Assembly: GCF_000150275.1 (NCBI RefSeq)
Contig: NW_002060962.1
Span: 186,001-250,000, forward strand
Direction: 5' to 3'
From: Trichoplax adhaerens
Lineage: Eukaryota > Animalia > Placozoa
Length of the DNA: 64,000 nucleotides
Positions 24,134 to 38,700 of the stretch are shown one piece after another (within the stretch, counting starts at the first letter, position 1; the number at the start of each line of letters is the position of its first letter). Below the pieces are notes generated by a model. The model made no database searches. It saw only the letters and a program-made list of their open reading frames with translations, and had not been told where the DNA came from. The position numbers and the translations under genes are program-made.

Positions 24134-27100
24134 ATTTCAAACAAATCGAAACGGTCTATAGTTATACTTCACAAAACTGTTGCTGAAACTGAAAAGATAA
24201 AAAACAGTGATATTCGTTAGTTATCAATAGATATCCTAGCCAACTTATTATAAGTTGTAACGGTGTGATTATGATTTGATATTAATTCATCGTTTGGATC
24301 GAAGCGTCAATCGTAGTAGCAGTCTTGCTATGATGAATTCAACTATCCTCTAGGATATGGTTTGTAAAGTTGATATTTTGAAACGAGTTGTAATATCTCT
24401 AATGATGTACAGCCTAATTGTAGACTTTAATCGGAGTCGATGGGATTAATAAACTCTCTCTTTTCCTTTTAGTCATCCGTGAAGGGAGAAAGCCTCCGTC
24501 TCCTTTTTGTCGCTGTCTATTTTAGTCTCCTGATACGTACTTTGGTGGTCGAAAGCTAGTAACTTTGCCCGCGACTGTAATGGCGTGTTGTCGTACTGTG
24601 ATATGTATCTATCTGCTTGTCTATTCTGCAATTTATAAGTCCTAAAACCAAGAATTTATCCATCATCGCAGTGACTATTGGAAAATTGTTCAATTTTTGA
24701 CTTGCACTCAAAATAATCATACACAGTTTATCGATAGATTTATCTTTGATAATAATAATACTATCGACTACTTAGTCGCTAACGATCGATACAATAGAAT
24801 TCCTTTACGTAATCTTGACGAACGCCAAGCCAGCAAGAATTTTAATGACAACATTGGTATCGAAGTGGACTCTGCAATATGATTCTATTTGTGCATTTAA
24901 ACCAGGCCATGTAAGAGCTGCCGCAGACTACCAGAAGGTCTTCTATTAACCCGTGGAGCTGCTAACATACTGTACAATACAATATGAGAGATATACAATG
25001 CCCATCGGATCAGCATGACCATTAGCCCTAACCATTTTGCATAAATTACTTTGTCACTGACCTCTAACAATTGGCTTTCTATCCTCAGGGCTTTAATTAA
25101 TTTATTTACTGTAATTAGCGACGGGTAATCGCAATCAATTGGACAGTAAAAAAAAAATGGAGATTACATCATCTTAAGCATCATGAATAGAGTGGACTAA
25201 ATTTTTTTTTTTGGGGGGGGGGAAAGACAAAGATTGCAGGGATTGTCTAGTGGTTACTCTATTTCAAAAGCTACAGTCTTTCTCTATACTGTAAAGAAGT
25301 ACGAATGCGGCAAAGCCTAATGTTTGATTAAACAATTTCATCGTATTTGCTTGGTTACTAAAATAAATAAATAAAATTCAAAGAGAGCAGATCCTTCCAG
25401 TACCGTACTTAACAGCAATGTCCATATATTCGTAGTGCAATAATATTTTGGTACTGACCATGAAGAAAATCCTCTACCACTTTGAGTTGACAGTGAGTAA
25501 AATACAGCGCTAATTACGCGCTATGTAATACTACTACTGTACGATAGCAATTGCAAAAGAAATAACATACGGTACAATGATCAGTTATATAGACAGGTAC
25601 TCATTGCAACTGGAATAGCTAATCAATGTAAATTTCATCTTGACTTGCATATTGAGAAGGGAGTCACTCATGAGCTGATCAAAGAATAGCAAAATTCTGA
25701 AAATGAAAAAACTTTTGCAATCAAGTCCAAAAGACAGACCACCGATAGATATATCTGTAGACTTGCGATTAGAGAAATGGTACAATTGATTGTATTACAA
25801 ACACATTAAGGGCCGTTCATTTACCCATAAAAATAGAAAATAGACCGAAGAAATTTCTTGCAAAATGGTTTGTTGCCTGCTCACCAATCAATCCGTAATG
25901 TGCCAACGTATGGAGTAATGTCGACCTTATTTGATGGTTCTTAAGCAGAGAAGAACATCACCACCCACTCCATGTCCACCATTATTGCATTGACAGTTGA
26001 AAAACAATGACAGCAAATTCAATCTCTCCAGGGATTTGCAACACTGAGTAGGAAATCATTCAAAAGTAGTGGAATAACGTGAATAATAATAGTGATATAA
26101 TTGCTAATTGTTGGACTTTTTGTTCTCCTAGTCCGTAACAGCAAAGGGGCATTTCCATCCTTGTGTACACACAGCGCATTGTGTGTTAGGATACATTACA
26201 ACAGGCTCTAATCAATTATTATACTGGAAATGTACAAGATTGCCAAGCACGACAAAGAAAAAATATTTTTTTCAGGGCTGCTAATTAATCCAAGTTGGGG
26301 GAGAGAAAAATTTTTTGACAAGCGTACATTCAACTTTCTTGTCAGAATGTAAAAAGAATGTCGTGGTTTCCAAGAGTGCTTGCTTGGACGACAAATCAGC
26401 CCAAGCTTACAAGGTTGCTTATTTTAGCGACTGTTAAAATAACATACTGGCCGTGTCAATTTTAACGGTTCAATATATCCTTCTTACTCTATGGATGCGT
26501 GTCATCAACGATGGCATAAATCAAAAAAGTTTTTTTTTGAATACAAATAAAAAAATACCTAGGTCGCGAAGTAGAAAGTTCTCCATCATGCCATGACGGA
26601 CGGCTACATTTTATCATTATCAACAAGATAGGTTTTTCTTGACTCTCAAGTGGATGAGAAGTATTTAGTGGTGTTGTGAAAGCAAGTGGTGAGGATGCCA
26701 TGGTGATCGCCATCAAGTAATGTGCTATGAAAGCAAAAAATGATGATCACGTACTTGTAAAATCCAAGGAGAATCTTCTTCAAACTCATATTACCATGCC
26801 AGGCATTACTGTATCACGCTCAAAGGATCTGTTGCATCTTGGCGATGCGATTAGACTTGCAAATTGGCCTACCCCCAAAACGATAATCACCTCTATGACA
26901 TGCGATCGGAAACTTGGGGAAAAAGAGCAAGTTGCTAGACGAATACAACTCGATACTTGCTGATATTTTATCTGCTTCTACTCGCAATCCCAACAGTCGC
27001 AACCATTTGCAATCGCTTCTACAGTACTCCGCAATCATGATCGAGTTTACTGTAGGCGCTGGCATCCGCAAACTACCCCCCCTCCATTTTTCCTCAACAA

Positions 27101-28334
27101 GAGCGACACGGACTCCTGTAGCTTGCAAGTGTTTCTCAAAAAAAAAATGAACTAATCCAACACAGAAAAAGAGTTGAAAATAGCCACTACTAGTATCAGA
27201 CCTGTAAGAAGTTAGCCGTTAGCTTGAGGAAAGTTGAGAAAATGAAGAGAGATGGCAATTTCAATTTTCAAACTTGCTACCCGCTTCCAAATTTTCCCAG
27301 CTGGATCTTGTGCCGACCAATGCCGTACCTTCCGTGCGACTGTCGCTGGTCCTGAGACAGATCGGTTGAAATACGGTGCCGTATGTCACATCCGTCTGTC
27401 TGTTGCTGTGGAATGGGCGAAACTATGGGACTACAGTACAGTCTGTACTAAAAGGAAAGAAAGAGGGAGGGACGCCAAGGGAATCGCTTTACGTCCCTGT
27501 CGCTTCTTTCTTTTTCTTTCTTTCTGTTTTATGCTGTAGAAGTGCAAACCAATCAGTTTCATCTTTTCCAGGGGCTATATGTACCGTACTAGACTGTATG
27601 GAGACATACTACCATCTGATTATCTTGTCTTACTGTTATTTTACCACATCGTTTTCAATTTTTATTGGATGGCAATCGATCGATACGACAGCTTGAATAG
27701 AAAAATAGGCAATGAGTTCTTTTCCAACGTAGCAACTACGCAAGGCCTATCCGTATATCAGTTCTTTGCACGGTGATTTTTAAGGAATACCGCCCCAGAC
27801 CAGACTTGGGGAAATTTTGATGGAGTAATACAGTACAGCAGTAAATGACGTTGGAGACATTTTGACATATAAACACATGAACAGTAGCGATCCATTCAAT
27901 TTGCTTTCAAACTGTCCCTACAGTGAACTTCATAGTAGTCGTATCACTAGATGCAGTATAGTAGTGCTACCGCAGAGCTTGTCAATGCATGAGGTGAAAA
28001 ATAGACGGAAACGATATCGCAATGCGTAGCAAGCAGCAAGCATGGACTGAATACGATCAGAATTATCAAGAGCCTTGGGGAATTTTGTTTGCTTTTATTG
28101 GTGGGCTGTCCATTACCTGACATCAGTAGTGGATCTGGTATTCCTAGTCTATTTCTTTGTCATTCACTAGTATAGTTGAGACGGGCTACTATTTACTGAT
28201 CTTGGTATTGGATTTACCAATTGTAATGTTCTCAAGGTAGCATCCTCAACCTTCCTCCTCATAATAATTTAGAAATTCAAAATTCCCGACATTCTACTCC
28301 CGACTAGGTAGAACATCGTTGTGTCATACTGTCG

Positions 28335-28740
28335 CCATAGTCCTTCTTTGCCTCTGGTATAAGTCTGTTTGCACCATAGTTTGTACAGACTGTATGGACT
28401 AATACAGTACAGTATAGGCAATGTGGAAAATATGTGTCCTTTGTAGTATAGGTTGTACACTACACTGCAGTGAAACATCTTCTGCTCACATTACAGTATT
28501 GCGAGCCAATACAAAAGTGGACACCTTTTGTACATACTGTAACCGTAGTCCTTCTAGTAGAAGTCTGTTTGTACTACCATGGTTTGTACAGACTGCATGG
28601 ACTAATACAGTATTGGCAATGTGGAAAATATGTGTCCTCTTTAGTATAGGTTGTACACTACATTGCAGTGAAAAGTCTTCTGCTCACAGTACAGTATTAC
28701 GAGCCAACACAAAAGTGGACACCTTTTGTACTGTACTGTA
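28335..28740. repeat. ~198-bp tandem duplication, followed by a TACTG/CAGTA microsatellite
   Basis: AATGTGGAAAATATGTGTCC...CAAAAGTGGACACCTTTTGTAC recurs at 28420 and 28618. The pentamer run extends over ~28726-28890. Confidence 0.85.
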
Positions 28741-29744
28741 CATCCTGTACAGTACTGTACGACTTGTACTGTACAGTACTGTACGACTTGTACTGTACAG
28801 TACAGTGGATGGCTGTACTGGTACAGTACAGTACTGTACTGTACAGTACAGTACTATAAGTACAATGAGCAGTACTTTGTACTGTAGGTACTTTTGAATT
28901 CATTTTTTGCTAATATCATGGTTGATCTTCATTGCATTACTGAAATCTTATGCTCTAGTTATATGCCTGGAGCTTACTGTACAGTACTGTACATGTTTAT
29001 GTCTATCTTGGAAGTTCATAGGCAGTCCATTGTGCAATTGAGGCATAACCTCATAAGCTATAGCGCCTTGACAACACTCTACGAAATAGGAAATTTCAAA
29101 AGGTCTTCTTTTAGTAGTCCGTGACAGTACACTACAGTTCTGTATGGCCGTCTTTAACAGTACAGTACAGTACTGTATACTGTACTCTGCTCTACGCTGT
29201 ACTGTACACTGTACGGTACTGTAAAGTATTTGGGAAATTCAAGTGATATTTTTCTCCATTTTTGAGGGGGAATCAAAGACTTTTTAATAATTACACCTGT
29301 ACACGCTGTACTATTGATCCCTCGCTCGTTATACTTTGCGTTGCGTTTGCCAGCGATACCTTTTACCAATTTCTATGATTCGATTTACAACTACTGTACT
29401 GTAGACTACTGTATCACCGCTTCCTAACAAACAGCGATTGCCATTAATCTCTTTCTTGCAATTTGATCAACTGCAAACTCAGCGTAAAAACAACAATAAC
29501 TCAAGCACTTTCGACTACGGCACATACGGTACTGTATTGCCTGGAGGCATTCAAGAGTATTGCAATCCTTTCTCTCATTCATCAAGCAACGACTACTAGA
29601 AAGAAACCAGCTTTCCTTTCTCAGCAGTCTTGACAATACTGTACTGTACATCAGGTCATCGCCATTACAGTCAACAAGACTGATACTGTATTCGTTGCAA
29701 TGGACCAACCAAAAATGCCAAATATGAATAAGGAGACCGGATCG

Positions 29745-31714
29745 AGCCCGATGACACCACCACAGGCCGCACCACTCCACCAGTGGGTAGTGGGGACTGG
29801 TTGGGACGACTTGGACAATAATAGCCACACGTATTCAGTGTTGCGGGCCCGATGACACCACCACCACCACTCCACCAGTGTTTAGTGGGGACTGGTTGGG
29901 ACGACTTGGACAATAATAGCCACACGTATTCAGTGTTGCGGGCCTGATGACACCACCACCAGTCACTCCACCAGTGGGTAGTGGGGACTGGTTGGGACGA
30001 CTTGGACAATTAATAGCCACACGTATCCAGTGTTACGGGCCCGATGACACCACCGGTGGGCGGGCGGGCACCACCACTCCACCAGTGGGTAGTGGGACTA
30101 GTTTGGAGTACTTTGGACGACTTGGACAATAATAGCCACACGTATTCAGTGTTACGGGCCCGATGACACCACCACTCCACCAGTGGGTAGTGGAGTCTGT
30201 CAAGACTTGTTGGGACGACTTGGACAATAATAGCCACGCGTATTCAGTGTTACGGGCCCGATGACACCACCACTCCACCAGTGGGTAGTGGGGACTAGTC
30301 GGGACGACTTGGACAATAATAGCCACACGTACAATTCAGTGTGGCGGGCCCGATGACACCACCACCGCCACTCCACTAGTGGGTAGTGGGGACTCGTTGG
30401 GACGACTTGGACAATAATAGCCACACGTACAATTCAGTGTTGCGGGCCCGATGACACCACCACCACTCCACTAGTGGGTAGTGGGGACTCGTTGGGACGA
30501 CTTGGACAATAATAGCCACACGCACTCAGTGTTACAGTCTTCAGTCTTCAACAATGACAACCGCCGTATTTAGCCTATAATCCTCGGCTTGGACAATTTA
30601 AGGTATTGTGAACATGCGCATGCTACCCTATCACATAACAAAGTTATGATGACAACGTTGGAAAGACCAATGTGTGCTCAACCCCCCCCTAGGCGAAGAA
30701 TTNNNNNNNNNNNNNNNNNNNNNNNNNNNNNNNNNNNNNNNNNNNNNNNNNNCAATAATAGCCACACGTACAATTCAGTGTGGCGGGCCCGATGACACCA
30801 CCACCGCCACTCCACTAGTGGGTAGTGGGGACTCGTTGGGACGACTTGGACAATAATAGCCACACGTATTCAGTGTTGCGGGCCCGATGACACCACCACC
30901 ACTCCACCAGTGGGTAGTGGGGACTGGTTGTGACGACTTGGGCAATAATAGCCACACGTATCCAGTGTTACGGGCCCGATGACACCACCACCACTCCACC
31001 AGTGGGTAGTGGGGACTGGTTGTGACGACTTGGGCAATAATAGCCACACGTATCCAGTGTTACGGGCCCGATGACACCACCACCACTCCACCAGTGGGTA
31101 GTGGGGGACTAGTTTGGAGTACTGTACTTTGGACGACTTGGACAATAATAGCCACACGTATTCAGTGTTACGGGCCCGATGACACCACCACTCCACCAGT
31201 GGGTAACGGGGACTGGTTGTGACGACTTGGACAATAATAGCCACACGTATCCAGTGTTACGGGCCCGATGACACCACCAGCCCACCAGTGGGTAGTGGGG
31301 ACTAGTTGGGACGACTTGGACAATAATAGCCACACGTACAATTCAGTGTTGCGGGCCCGATGACACCACCACTCCACCAGTGGGTAGTGGAGACTAGTTG
31401 GGACGACTTGGACAATAATAGCCACGCATATTCAGTGTTACGGGCCCGATGACACCACCACTCCACCAGTGGGTAGTGGAGACTAGTTGGGACGACTTGG
31501 ACAATAATAGCCACGCATATTCAGTGTTACGGGCCCGATGACACCACCACTCCACCAGTGGGTAGTGGGGACTAGTTGGGACGACTTGGACAACAATAGC
31601 CACACGTACAATTCAGTGTTGCGGGCCCGATGACACCACCACCACTCCACTAGTGGGTAGTGGGGACTAGTTGGGACGACTTGGACAATAATAGCCACAC
31701 GCACTCAGTGTTAC
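29745..31714. repeat. GC-rich minisatellite array, units ~89-119 bp (8 units left of the gap, at least 10 right), upstream of EF1A copy 1
   Basis: The unit is GGACGACTTGGACAATAATAGCCACACGTATTCAGTGTTACGGGCCCGATGACAC(CAC)nTCCAC[C/T]AGTGGGTAGTGGGGACTAGTTG. Length varies mainly through the CAC tract. The array is split by unique sequence at 30536-30702 and 50 Ns. Confidence 0.97.
30703..30752. other. Assembly gap (50 N)
   Basis: Run of N characters. Confidence 1.
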
Positions 31715-31911
31715 AGTCTTCAGTCTTCAACAATGACAACCGCCGTATTTAGCCCATAATCCGAGGCTTGGACAATTTAAGGTATTGTGAACATGCGCAC
31801 GCTACCCTATCACATAACAAAGTTATGATGACAACGTTGGAAAGATCAATTGTGCTCAACCCCCCCCTAGGCGAAGAATTGTTCTTATGCGAGGCGATTC
31901 AATCGTTCGTT

Positions 31912-31950
31912 CTCTTTCTCTTCGTCGTTCAGTTGCAGCGTGATAGCTTG
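31912..31950 (+). promoter_or_regulatory. Putative non-coding first exon of EF1A copy 1 with a 5'TOP-like pyrimidine tract
   Basis: CTCTTTCTCTTC... is followed by donor GTAAGC at 31951. EF1A mRNAs are classical TOP mRNAs with a 5'UTR intron. Confidence 0.55.
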
Positions 31951-32450
31951 GTAAGCCTTGACGATGTTACTCGTTAAAATCGCATTTCAATCTTTGTCAT
32001 CACCAGTTTTTTTGCATTTTTAACCTTACTTTTTGCGACTATCATGAATGTACGATAGCATCAACGTCATTTTTCCTACAAGTCGATGAGATGAAGATGA
32101 TGGCAATTTTTTAAACTTGACGCATCTTTCATTCTCCACATGTCGCCATCTTTTTTTTAATTGCTAGAGCCTGTAGAGATGCATTTTTTATTGTTCCGAT
32201 GGTAAAAAATCAGTTGGAATAGTCAGCTAGCTTGTATTGTAAAGGATGACACTGGATCAAAGTTGTTTTTCAAGTAGTTGTTTATGTATAAGGAGGAAAG
32301 AGAGGAGTACAGTAGTAGCGTTCCTCCGTGATAGAGATTTTTTTTTTCCCTCTCCTGACCACTTTGTCATCCGGAGCTTAAAATATCCCACTAAAGGTTG
32401 CTATTTTTTCAATCTATAGTACAGTAGGCTGACATCAGACAAATCTTACA

Positions 32451-34103
<1,653 letters not shown>

Positions 34104-35747
34104 TCAATCCTGATGCCCCTGATATATTTAGATTAATAAAAAGTGTAATACAATATCGTAGATGATCATGTGTAATTGTTACAATTTTATTATGCTGTAC
34201 TGCTGTTGCTGGCCTAAGCGTAAATTGACTTATCTTTCAGTCTGACAGAGTTATCAATAAAAAGGTACTGCGATAGTCTTTCGTAATCAATAACTGAGAA
34301 TCTACCGTTGCTGACTGTTGGTTGGTTGTTGAATTCATTTTGAACTTCCTTATTACAGTAATAGCATACTGGTCGCTATTAGAGCGCAATGATATTGATT
34401 GGTTATAGCTATCATATAAGGAAGGATACAGTTACTGTACTATAGTAAAAATCAATTGGACGATAATACGTTTGAAGCGGAATCGCTTTAGCAACCTATG
34501 AAACGTTTAGTGATTACTTATAATTTTTCGACATTATAAAAAAGGCATGCAATATACGATACAAAGGGTATTTCGCTTCATGAAGCTTCACGCAATCCTT
34601 TACTCCAACAATGAATATGGATTGTAATAAGTAGATGATGCCGCGCAAAAGTGCTGGCGTTAAACTACAGTACTGTATGTTGCCTTCATGTAAGTACTAT
34701 CGTAAACGACAGTATCATTAATCATGATTCATGAGCATATAAATACCAGAAAAACATACTGCACTGTAAGCGCGGAACGCCTGTGTACAGTATGTTCGAT
34801 AAAGAATCTTGGTTATAGGGTGTTACTTCAATCAACATCGTGACTGATAATGTCATTACGGTATTAGGCTTTTTTTTCTTTCTTTCTTTCTTTTACAATT
34901 AATTACGAAAGTATCACAATATCAGTATTTCTCACAGCACAATACCCATTGACTGTCATGACTATGTGTAGAGGCAACAGCAAATTTATCGTCAGGACTT
35001 ACTAACCGTACGTAGTGCAAAACACTACAGGCATTGAATTATGTAGTACAACGCTGAATCCTGCAAGCAGTGCAATCTATGATGACTGGACTAGCTGAGA
35101 AATACAATAATATAGGACACTAATTTTTTATTTGAAATGAAAGACTCACTTACGTGTATTTATACGTTATTAATTGATACTCAAATTGAATAGATTGCTA
35201 TCCCATTGTATCACCGTAATAACAACCTGATTATACGCTTATTAGTGTAATCCTATACAAGTATACTGTACATAGAGGAGTCAATATGGACTCTAAAATT
35301 ATCAGAACACTGATACATTGATGTGAGCTGCTACATGCACATGTGTGTCTGTGTTGCAATGCGCTAAAATTCGTTTTACGTTTTACTGTTGTGGAAATAT
35401 AAATCAAAAGAAGTTGCAGAAAATCCGATACGCTAAGTCAATTTGAATGGACTGCATTGAAAGATTGAATACTATAACAATATAATCAGCAAAATAAAAT
35501 TTATTTTGAATACACTCCGGAGCAATCGTAGTTGTACATCATTTTTAAATTCTTAAGACAATTTAATATCGGTTGCTTTATAATTAATTATCACCTTAAC
35601 CAGATTGTAGTTTACAAATTAAGGTTAACCGCAATTAATGTAGACGCCAGATGCCATTTCGATTGATTAGTAATGGCAACCACCACCTGTAGCATGCAAT
35701 CATCGCATCCCTTTCATGCTCTTGGTGAATCGTTGTAGGGACCAGTC

Positions 35748-38700
35748 TTATACCTTCATACCGTAGATTTCTTCCAAGTCATTAATTAATTGTTGCTTTT
35801 CTTCTTCTGGTAAGAATGACGAACGAGCTGCATTAAATGTCTATAATGGGTGTTTTAATATTCGAAATAGACACAGACAACACGTATACAATTAATCAAC
35901 ATTGATTGCAACTGGATATTTTATTCTAAAAATGAATCAAAAATAACTTAAGTATTTAATTTAAAAGATCTACCACAAAAAAAAATCATTTAATCATTGA
36001 CAATTCATCTTACCGCTCGCGTCAGTACTGAAGCACCGTAACCCCATTTATTGTAAACCAATTTATATTCATCGGCAACACCAGAATTACAACACAAAGA
36101 ATCATCGGAGTTTATAGAAAAATTTAGCCCTTCGTTAATAAATCTAGTAGAAGAACCGAAGTAATGACGAAGTTTCAATAAACTTAAATAATTTACAAAT
36201 GGAGATAATTTAGGATCTAAATATGATATAATCAACCGTTTAGCGGGATGATTATCAAAACTTGAACAGGAACCTGTAAGTATACTAGATGTCGGGCAAA
36301 CCTGTAATGATGAGAATAGAATAAATCATCACTATAAAAGATTACGTTAAAATAGTAACAGATTAAGCTAACTTCCAGATGGATTTGTTCTTTCTTGACC
36401 CTTTCAAGTAAACTTTCATCTTCCACTAACTGATATCCATGACCGATTCTTTCAGCGCTTAGCCAATCCAAACTCTACCAATATATCAACATATTATTGT
36501 AATAGAAAAATATCTATTGGTTTCCCTTTCTAATAATGTACACTTTCATATCCACTAATAAATTGATTATCGAGATATAGCAAATACTCAGAATTTTATA
36601 ATACTGTATAGTGTTGCATAAAGAGCTATTAACTCTGTTCAATAGTGGAGGTAATAGTACGAGTGGATTTGATTAAAACCATTAGGATCATTTACTACAT
36701 CAAATGCAATCACAAGATAATGTCTATGTCATATATCTGAATCTTAGACTTAGTTAATGTTAGTATAGTAACGAAAATACACAACAGTCTACATACAATA
36801 TCATGCCAGATATCATAAAATAATTTAAATTATAAATTATATCGACTACAGGATATGCATAACACTTTCAGTCCGATTTGTATAAGATAATTAATTATAA
36901 AATAAATCAGACAATATACTTCATTTACGATATCTCATCCTTTATTCTAGTTCAAACTCATGTTACTATATACTGTACTTTATCATTCAACCATTTTAAA
37001 ACATACACGTTGCCATTTATAATTGTACACTATGGAATACAGTACAGGCTAGCATGCAAAACAATGGTAATTTACCGGACAATTGAGAAAATCGAATGAA
37101 TATTTCTACATTCTGTAGTATTTATCGCTGTAGTTTCCTTCTTTTCGAATACTCTAAAAATAGAGTTCACTTCTAAAATCTTATTTTTAGAAGATAGTAC
37201 CAGTCGCATAAAATTAATAAACTTTCATTTAGAGACCATTCTAATGAATTTTCTAGTGACTCTTGCAATTTTTTAAGATCAGAAATTTGCCTATTATAGC
37301 GAAATTATTAACTATACATCATACACTCTCGGACTCAACCGATAAAAATAGCACTGCCTTACTTAATATGACATTGCAATACGTTGCTAGCGATACTAGC
37401 AGATTACGAATATTCTGCCAATATGTTGTTGATACCTTAATGTACACTAATTCTCTTTATATAGTCTTATGTGTAAATAACGTAACTAACGCCAACCTGG
37501 CGAATATTTTCGGCTGTTCCGGCTTCTCCAGCGTGAACTGTTCTATGAATACCATATCTCTTGGCTTCCTTTAATATTACAAGGAATAACTGTTTTCATA
37601 ATGAGGAAACAAACACTTTCGATCCCAATAACAACATTTGTACAAACTCACTTGAAAAGCTTTACAAAATTCATCACCAGGTTTAATACTATCTTCTAGT
37701 TCATTTCCTTCTATATCAATACCCACAACTCCTTTTCTATGATACTTTTTGCATAGTTCGATAGTTTCAGTAGCTGAGTCTATAACATCGAAAATATATA
37801 GATTATAAACCCTTTCAACGCAGAAACAATGGCGGTAGAGTTTAAAACTATCATGGGACAATAAAATGGAAAACTGTGATCAAGTTTTACAACATAATAT
37901 AATCTATAACAACTGCTACTATGTACCGATATTAATTATTTTTTAATTTTTACCCTGTATATAATAGTATTGTACTAATTAAAATATTGTGATGTTAGTA
38001 TCAACAAATATGACAATTAATAATACACCATATACTTGTATTAATATCGAACTTCAAACCTTGAAAGTAATTTTACCTGGACAACCTCGAAGACAACAAA
38101 GAATACTTTTAACTTTGATTCCGTACCGTCGACATCCCTCCTCTAATCCATCTACTATAGTAAGTAGCACTTGTTCGCTAGTTAATTTATCGCCTTCTGT
38201 CGCGTCATTATTTGATGTTCCGCTGGTCAACAATCCCGGAGCATAACGCGCCTCAGTATATAAGACACCTTGATTTGCCTGATCTTCACAAAATTCTATT
38301 GCACACCGACGAAGGGCATGAGGATCACCACTAGATGAATTTTAATTGAAAAAATTTAGATATTCTATTGTACTAAGAAGTACAGTAATGCATAAATTAT
38401 AGTATTACACCGAAATTTCAAGTTTCTAATGTAGTATAGTGAAACAGGTCATAATTTTGGGCACAGTATACCAGCAGAATAATCAAATGATCTATAAAGT
38501 ATCCCGTTATTATTAAAATTTATAGAGTCGATAACCGCCATAATAACATACGCGTATATCCACTTAAGCTACTCATTTTTAACCCATATTTAGGCTGCAA
38601 TACACCGTATTGTTAAAGTTCAAAGCTTGCCATACCCTATCTAGATTTTCTATTGGTAGCTTGTAAGATAGTAAATATTTATAGAATAACTAAACCATTG

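Noticed and set aside
25808-25825. TAA-GGGCCGTTCAT Harbinger-like transposon end
   Set aside because: No matching inverted terminus was found in the window.
29770-29795. CTCF-like motif CCACCAGTGGGTAGT in the repeat unit
   Set aside because: It mismatches the CTCF core, and CTCF is considered bilaterian-restricted. The resemblance is likely coincidental.
29940-29955. Hammerhead ribozyme core (CTGATGA) in the satellite
   Set aside because: Only one unit has CTGATGA (the others have CCGATGA), and there is no GAAA core strand.
29745-31714. CRISPR array, or the coding ORFs predicted across the repeat
   Set aside because: The units are near-identical along their whole length with no unique spacers, there are no cas genes, and the context is eukaryotic. 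The ORFs shift frame with each unit.
31822-31835. C/D snoRNA box C (ATGATGA) near EF1A, also at ~13479
   Set aside because: There is no suitably placed box D (CTGA) or terminal stem.
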